Below, in pieces: positions 58,751-64,000 of a stretch of 64,000 nt of DNA. The stretch spans positions 64,001 to 128,000 of the forward strand of contig CATQHZ020000001.1 of assembly GCA_958296135.2 (NCBI GenBank), given 5' to 3'. Each line of letters starts with the position of its first letter. The stretch's first letter is position 1. Made by a program: the position numbers and the translations under genes. Under the pieces are notes generated by a model. That model ran no database searches, was not told the DNA's origin, and worked only from the letters and a program-made list of their open reading frames with translations. The stretch is from an uncultured Poribacteria bacterium (lineage in GTDB: Bacteria > Poribacteria > WGA-4E > WGA-3G).

Positions 58751-59068
58751 CTAGTTTCCATATTTACCGAACCATCCGAAGATTTGGTTGAGTAGGGAGA
58801 CGGCACTGAACCCGATGGCGGAGAGGATGGCTGCAATCTTCCAGCGTTCAGTGGTATCCGTCTTTTTCTATGCGTCTGCTTTTTCAGCGTCTGCTTTGCG
58901 TTCGGCGGTGTGGGCGATGTGCATCTCGAACATGGTGTTGAGCCGCGTTTGTTCGGTTTTCACGTCGGTTATCTGTGCTTCAATCGGTTTGAGTGCGTTG
59001 GCAACTTCCGCTTTGACGGCTTTGCCAATCTCATCAGCGATGAGTTTGCGGAGTTCGTCTGGGTTCAT
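58751..59068 (-). pseudogene. small coiled-coil/TM protein, copy 2, with in-frame TAG
   Basis: CAG in copies 1 and 3 is TAG at 58868..58870; homology continues to the stop at 58751. Confidence 0.75.
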
Positions 59069-59135
59069 GTTTTTCTCCTCGGTTGTAGGGACGTGGTTTG
59101 TAACCGTTGCGCGTCTGTCGTTTTTTGGGTTGTTG

Positions 59136-59528
59136 CTAGTTTCCGTATTTACCGAACCATCCGAAGATTTGGTTGAGTAGGGAGACGGCACTAAACCCGA
59201 TGGCGAAGAGGATGGCTGCAATCTTCCAGCGTTCGGCGGTATCCGTCTTTTTCTGTGCGTCTGCTTTTTCAGCGTCTGCTTTGCGTTCGGCGGTGTGGGC
59301 GATGTGCATCTCAAACGTGCCGTTGAGCCGTGCCTGCTCAACCCTCACGTCCTCTACCTTCTCGGTGAATGTGTCTTTCAGGCTGTCCACCTTCTCGGTG
59401 AGGGTGTCTTTCACGCTGTCCACCTTGGAATTGAGTTCTTTCATGTCGTTCTTCAGTTCGGCTTCAATCGGCTTGAGTGCCTTGCCGATTTCTTCAGCGA
59501 TGAGTTTGCGGAGTTCGTCTGGATTCAT
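59136..59528 (-). CDS. small coiled-coil protein with C-terminal TM helix, copy 1 (extra 11-aa repeats)
   Basis: MNPDELRK...KVDSVKDTLTEKVDSLKDTFTEKVEDV...WFGKYGN. Confidence 0.75.
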   Translation of the reverse strand: MNPDELRKLIAEEIGKALKPIEAELKNDMKELNSKVDSVKDTLTEKVDSLKDTFTEKVEDVRVEQARLNGTFEMHIAHTAERKADAEKADAQKKTDTAERWKIAAILFAIGFSAVSLLNQIFGWFGKYGN

Positions 59529-59541
59529 GTTTTTCCTCTGT

Positions 59542-60216
59542 TTACGGACGCTTGAGGTATCCCCAGGTCGTCGCTAATTTTCCTTTGGCAGACGCGTCAA
59601 GTGCAGGACTGGAAAAAGTAAATGCATCTGCCCACGCTTTCCCGATTTTTCCATCATCTTGGACGAAATTGGCGAGGACGAGGCTGATGCTGTCAATCTT
59701 GTTGAAGTTCGCATCTTTAAAATCGAGGCGCGATTCGCCATCAGCGAACAGTTGAAACCGCCCAGCATGAAAACGCACTTCCAGTTGTTCAAGTTCATCG
59801 GTGTTCCAGCGAGTGCCATCACCGACAAGCACTTTGCCGTTTCGGGCGACGCGCATGTCATTGGTGAAAAAGAGGTAAGAACCCGTATCCTGATTCGCCT
59901 CGTCTCCAAAATCTTTCGCGAGCGCAATGCCGAAATGCGCATTCTCCGCGCCAGCATTGTGGAGAATGACAGTGAATGCCTCGTAAGGCGCGGGAACAGC
60001 GGCGAAGCGCAGATGCTCCACCAGCGTGCCGAGCAGTTTTTGGGGACGCGTCTCTGCCTTTAACACGCCACCTTCAAATACCCAAGCGGATTCGTTGCCT
60101 TCCTGTTGCCACGCGCCCTCTTTTTCCGCAGGCTCGGTAAAGTCATCGTGCCAGTCCGACGCGAAGGCAGCGGCAATGAACGTGATAGCGATGCATAAGC
60201 AGCCAAACAGTTTCAT
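59542..60216 (-). CDS. secreted hypothetical protein with C-terminal GKLATTWGYLK motif
   Basis: Signal peptide, WHDDF; paralog of 56656..57360. Confidence 0.75.
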   Translation of the reverse strand: MKLFGCLCIAITFIAAAFASDWHDDFTEPAEKEGAWQQEGNESAWVFEGGVLKAETRPQKLLGTLVEHLRFAAVPAPYEAFTVILHNAGAENAHFGIALAKDFGDEANQDTGSYLFFTNDMRVARNGKVLVGDGTRWNTDELEQLEVRFHAGRFQLFADGESRLDFKDANFNKIDSISLVLANFVQDDGKIGKAWADAFTFSSPALDASAKGKLATTWGYLKRP

Positions 60217-60224
60217 TGTTTTTT

Positions 60225-61805
60225 TTACTCCGTATCGCGATAAGGCGTGCCATCCCGTCTTCCTACATAGATGTGATAAGCGTCCCCGCAGGCCGGAATA
60301 GCAACCAGTTTCTGAATCAGTGAGCGTTGGTAACTGCCTGTTGTTTCGTTGAACACGGTATTGACAGCACGAATGCGCAACTGATAGCGGCCCTCCGTGA
60401 TGTTTTCAAAAACGAAGTGTCCTTGCGCATCGGTTTCTGTCTCAAAACGCTCAAGCGTCATCGACATATCGTAGGGCTCCAATTCCCACGGATACCATGA
60501 ACGGGTGATGACAGCATTGCGCATAGGTGCACCCGTATCTGCCCAATAAACGTATCCGGCAAGTGTCTTGGCGCGCTCATCAGCCACAATAAGCAGCTCT
60601 TTTGCAGTGACGGCTGCATCCACTTCAATGTTCGCCGCTGCGATGCCATCGCCGACAACATACACCGCGTATTTTTCCTCAAAAACTCCCGCTATCGTAA
60701 ACGTCGGTTCGGTTACAGGAAACCGCTTGGTGAGAAGCGGTTTCTGTAACGCCATCGGATGCATCGCAGACTGAAGCGGCGCGTCTGCCGGAAATATCTT
60801 TATCGCGTAATGTCCATCGGCGGGGATATTGAGGGGCAAAATCACGCGTCCCGTAATTGCAACCCCCTTTTCAAGCCTGACAAGGAGCGGCTCCGCACCG
60901 ATATCGATGTTTTCATAGACGGTGGTAAAATAACCTTTTTTGCCTACCTCCACGCTGAGCAAACTCGGTTCGGTTTCTAGCACGTGCATCTGAAACTCGC
61001 CGCTAGCATCGGTTTGCGCGACAGCGAGGAGAGCACCGTGTCCGTGCGGCGTTTCTCGGTGCCGCATCGCGTAAAGTTGTGCTTCTGGCACCGGGATGCC
61101 TTGTACATCCACAACCGTGCCGTGTAACGTCTCCAACTGCGGCAACGGCACGGTGAACCGCGCCGAGTTTCGTGGATGAACCGATTCTATGTATCCTATG
61201 ATAACATTATTTTCAGAAATTGTCAAGGTGTATTCGATCGGATAGAGTTCTGTGAAAACGAAGTCGCCTTGGTTATCCGTTTCTGTCGTGAGTTCGGTTT
61301 GCGCGGCGGCGCGGAAGAAATCGGCTGATTTGGCATGCATTTTTAAGCGGACGACGAGCCCCTCAAGGTGCCGGGCCGGCATCGCGCTACCAGCAGAAAC
61401 AACGACGCTGCCTTGTAAAGTCAGGAACTGGTTCATCGCAATCTCGCCCAAGTCATACCGATTTTTGCCGGGAGACATGTCAAAACGCAAGAGCCGCGCT
61501 TGATAGCGCGGATGGAGTGCCATGAGCGCGAAGGAGTAATAGGTGCCAGCATCGTTTGGCGTGGAGAGCGAGAAGATGCCGGCTGCATCTGTCTCGGTTT
61601 CGTGCGCGAAGTCTCTGTCGGGATAGAGGCTATCGCGCTTTTCGGATGCAACGCGGACAAGGAGACCGGCGATGGGATGCCGGGATTCGGCATCAACGAA
61701 TTTGCCGTGAAGGGACGCGACAGGAGTCTCCGAATAAACGATGAAGATGGGCGCGAGCGTAGCACAGAGGTATAGCAATGGCAGCAGGAAACGGTTGATG
61801 CGCAT
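60225..61805 (-). CDS. secreted protein with repeated carboxypeptidase-regulatory-like (prealbumin-fold) domains
   Basis: Repeated G.VVD..G.P....V and TD..G.F motifs. Confidence 0.8.
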   Translation of the reverse strand: MRINRFLLPLLYLCATLAPIFIVYSETPVASLHGKFVDAESRHPIAGLLVRVASEKRDSLYPDRDFAHETETDAAGIFSLSTPNDAGTYYSFALMALHPRYQARLLRFDMSPGKNRYDLGEIAMNQFLTLQGSVVVSAGSAMPARHLEGLVVRLKMHAKSADFFRAAAQTELTTETDNQGDFVFTELYPIEYTLTISENNVIIGYIESVHPRNSARFTVPLPQLETLHGTVVDVQGIPVPEAQLYAMRHRETPHGHGALLAVAQTDASGEFQMHVLETEPSLLSVEVGKKGYFTTVYENIDIGAEPLLVRLEKGVAITGRVILPLNIPADGHYAIKIFPADAPLQSAMHPMALQKPLLTKRFPVTEPTFTIAGVFEEKYAVYVVGDGIAAANIEVDAAVTAKELLIVADERAKTLAGYVYWADTGAPMRNAVITRSWYPWELEPYDMSMTLERFETETDAQGHFVFENITEGRYQLRIRAVNTVFNETTGSYQRSLIQKLVAIPACGDAYHIYVGRRDGTPYRDTE

Positions 61806-61939
61806 GCAGGCTCTCTCCTTGAGGTAATTTGTAAGATAATTAACGCAGCACGAACCCCACCGTGCCGCGCGTCCGTAGTGCGAGGGCCGTCACGGTCACG
61901 CCTATAGAAAACGTGCGTGTGTTGCCCCGCGAAAGCACG

Positions 61940-62001
61940 CTACCTTACTTTAACGTTGTCCTCTCTGCCGCCTCGCTGCAGAGCTGTCCACTGTCCCTCG
62001 C
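61940..62001. repeat. 62-bp direct repeat, right copy
   Basis: Matches 55085..55146. Confidence 0.9.
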
Positions 62002-62027
62002 AGTGCCGCGCCAACCGTCCTGCACGT

Positions 62028-62144
62028 CCGTAGTGCTGCGGGCCTGTCCCTCGCAGGGCCACGGCGTACATACACGGTTGACAGGCCGCCCTGCCAAGGG
62101 TCCCGCAACTCCGTAGTGCTGCGGGCCTGTCCCTCGCAGGGCCA
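62028..62144. repeat. two identical GTAG REP copies
   Basis: ccgtagtgctgcgggcctgtccctcgcagggccac at about 62028 and 62111. Confidence 0.8.
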
Positions 62145-62168
62145 CACGCCGCACAAGAGGGATACTGC

Positions 62169-62207
62169 AAAAACAGACAAGCCCCGGGGTTCAACGGGGC
62201 TTGACTG
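62169..62207 (-). terminator. rho-independent terminator of the tRNA operon
   Basis: caagccccg/cggggcttg stem followed by a T-run on the minus strand. Confidence 0.6.
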
Positions 62208-62245
62208 CTTCAGGAGAGAACAATGAAGAATCTGCAAGTGTGGGA

Positions 62246-62320
62246 TACCCCCGACGAGATTTGAACTCGTGTCGCCGCCGTGAAAGGGCGGTGTCCTTGG
62301 CCAGGCTAGACGACGGGGGC
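62246..62320 (-). tRNA. tRNA-Glu(UUC)
   Basis: GCCCCCG acceptor stem, CTTTCAC anticodon loop, GTTCAAATC T-loop; CCA not encoded directly. Confidence 0.95.
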
Positions 62321-62325
62321 ATAGA

Positions 62326-62401
62326 TGGTGAGCCGTACAGGGATCGAACCTGTGACCACCTGATTAAAAGTCAGATGCTCTACCTGCTGAGCTAACGGCT
62401 C
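62326..62401 (-). tRNA. tRNA-Lys(UUU)
   Basis: GAGCCGT acceptor stem, CTTTTAA anticodon loop, GTTCGATCC T-loop, encoded CCA. Confidence 0.97.
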
Positions 62402-62416
62402 AACCTATTCTGCTTA

Positions 62417-62445
62417 ATTATACCACATTTTCCAGCGGATGTCAA
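62417..62445 (-). promoter_or_regulatory. consensus sigma70 promoter of the tRNA operon
   Basis: TTGACA-17 bp-TATAAT with extended -10 TG. Confidence 0.8.
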
Positions 62446-62584
62446 ATTAAAATGCGAGAAAATTCATTTTTTCCACATTTTTTAGATAAAGGCGATTTTT
62501 AACCGCCGCATCCGTTTTGTCGCGCCGCGATGTGGACAGAAACCGGGTTCTTTTCTAACGGCTGTCGCGACCGGGAGGGCGCGC

Positions 62585-63874
62585 CTACCGGAGATTGACG
62601 TGCGATGCATCCAACGTCACAATCTGAGCTCTGTCCGGGCCGACAGAAATAATCGGAATCGGCACGTTGAGATATGCCTCCACATAAGCGACGTAGTCTC
62701 TCGTGCGCTGTGGGATGTCTTCCGAGGCGCGCGCTTCAGTGAGGGGCTGTTGCCACCCGGGCAACGTCTCGTAGACCGGTTTGCATTCGTCCAGCACCTG
62801 CAGGCTACTCGGAAACGTCGTCCTTTCCTTTCCTTGATAGCGATAGGCGACGCAGACCTGGAGTTCGTCAAGCGTATCAAATACATCCAATTTCGTCATC
62901 GCAATGGCGGTGAACCCGTTAATGCGCGCTGCGTATCGGAGTGCAACCAGGTCCAGCCAGCCGCACCGTCTGGGCCGCTGCGTTGTTGCCCCATATTCCT
63001 GTCCGATGTCCCGAATCTTTTCGTCCAAATCGGGGTGCATCTCGGTTGGAAACGGCCCGCCGCCGACGCGCGTGACATACGCTTTGGAAACGCCCATCAC
63101 CTTAGCAATCGCCTTCGGCCCGATGCCGAGGCCGGTGCATACCGCGCCCGCCGTGCAGTTGGACGATGTGACATACGGATAGGTGCCGAAGTCGATATCC
63201 AGCATCGTTCCCTGCGCGCCTTCAAAGAGAATGCGTTTTTCCGCGGCGAGTGCCTCGTGCATGAAGGCAACCGTATCTGTCACATAAGGCGCGAGCCGCG
63301 CCGCATAACCGCGATAGGTATCCAGCAAGATATGCCTGTCCACCCCACCGAGCTGGAGCGCGTCCGCCTTCGTATCCAGATTGTAATCCAGTTTCTTCCG
63401 GAAGTTGTCAAACTCCAGCAAGTCACCGATTCGGACACCGGCGTGTCGGTTCATCTTATCGGCGTAAGTCGGCCCGATGCCGCGCGCGGTAGTACCGATT
63501 TTGGTGCCGCTACCCATCTGCTCCCACTGCTCAACAGTCTTGTGGTAAGGCAAAATAAGATGCGCCCGGTCGCTGATTTTCAGGTTTTCGCTGCTGACAG
63601 CGATGCCTTGCGCGTGCAACCGGTCGATCTCCCCGAAAAGCGTCTCTAAATTAACGACAACGCCGTTGCCGATAACATTGATGGTCTCGGGCCGGAGGAT
63701 GCCGGACGGAATAAGGTGAAGAATAAAGGTTTTGTCGCCGAGGACGATAGTGTGCCCGGCGTTATCGCCGCCCTGATAGCGCGCGACAATATCGGCGTTC
63801 TCCGCGAACACATCGGTGAGTTTCCCCTTACTCTCATCGCCCCACTGCGCACCTAAGATGACAAGGTTTGACAT
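62585..63874 (-). CDS. purA: adenylosuccinate synthetase
   Basis: GAQWGDESKGK, GGDNAGHT, EGAQG, RPRRCGWLD. Confidence 0.97.
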   Translation of the reverse strand: MSNLVILGAQWGDESKGKLTDVFAENADIVARYQGGDNAGHTIVLGDKTFILHLIPSGILRPETINVIGNGVVVNLETLFGEIDRLHAQGIAVSSENLKISDRAHLILPYHKTVEQWEQMGSGTKIGTTARGIGPTYADKMNRHAGVRIGDLLEFDNFRKKLDYNLDTKADALQLGGVDRHILLDTYRGYAARLAPYVTDTVAFMHEALAAEKRILFEGAQGTMLDIDFGTYPYVTSSNCTAGAVCTGLGIGPKAIAKVMGVSKAYVTRVGGGPFPTEMHPDLDEKIRDIGQEYGATTQRPRRCGWLDLVALRYAARINGFTAIAMTKLDVFDTLDELQVCVAYRYQGKERTTFPSSLQVLDECKPVYETLPGWQQPLTEARASEDIPQRTRDYVAYVEAYLNVPIPIISVGPDRAQIVTLDASHVNLR

Positions 63875-64000
63875 ACGAATCCTTTTTGGGATAGACGCAA
63901 AATCCAGACTCCCGCGGAGCCTGCGACGGGCCGGTTCTTTTAACGTTTCGAGAACTGATACCGCGCACGCGCGCCTTTCTGCCCATATTTCTTGCGCTCC

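Noticed and set aside
58868-58870. Pyrrolysine or stop-codon recoding at the in-frame TAG
   Set aside because: TAG is used as a normal stop elsewhere in the window, including in the paralogs, and no pyl genes are seen; a single C>T change explains it.
55193-62401. Prophage or integrative element at the tRNA genes
   Set aside because: No integrase, phage structural genes or duplicated tRNA 3' end were found; only REP-associated direct repeats.

Overview
GC-rich bacterial chromosome segment. Secreted proteins ending in 'V.P.GKLATTWG.LK', LamG, DUF1549/1553 and DUF6785 genes, and dense GTAG-type palindromic repeats suggest Candidatus Poribacteria (inference). Core genes: rpoB, rpoC, lon, fumC, purA, birA, a stand-alone divergent EF-G, an HtrA protease, tRNA-Glu and tRNA-Lys. 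Accessory genes: ABC transporters, an STT3-like glycosyltransferase, a methyltransferase fused to an Mrr-like domain, a giant beta-propeller lipoprotein with an outer-membrane partner, and a direct-repeat-flanked cassette next to the tRNAs. Main observations: (1) the RNA polymerase is heavily remodelled. Both beta and beta' carry tandem arrays of the same ~39-aa module, which resembles beta's partner's own clamp segment (in beta'), and the rifamycin pocket and funnel carry substitutions. (2) A ~38-bp hairpin element with compensatory stem changes occurs about 10 times, both intergenically and in frame inside Lon, EF-G and other genes. (3) REP-like palindromes are also translated in frame inside proteins. 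(4) Three tandem copies of a small coiled-coil/TM gene, the middle one carrying a nonsense codon. All calls come from reading the sequence by eye; no database searches were run.
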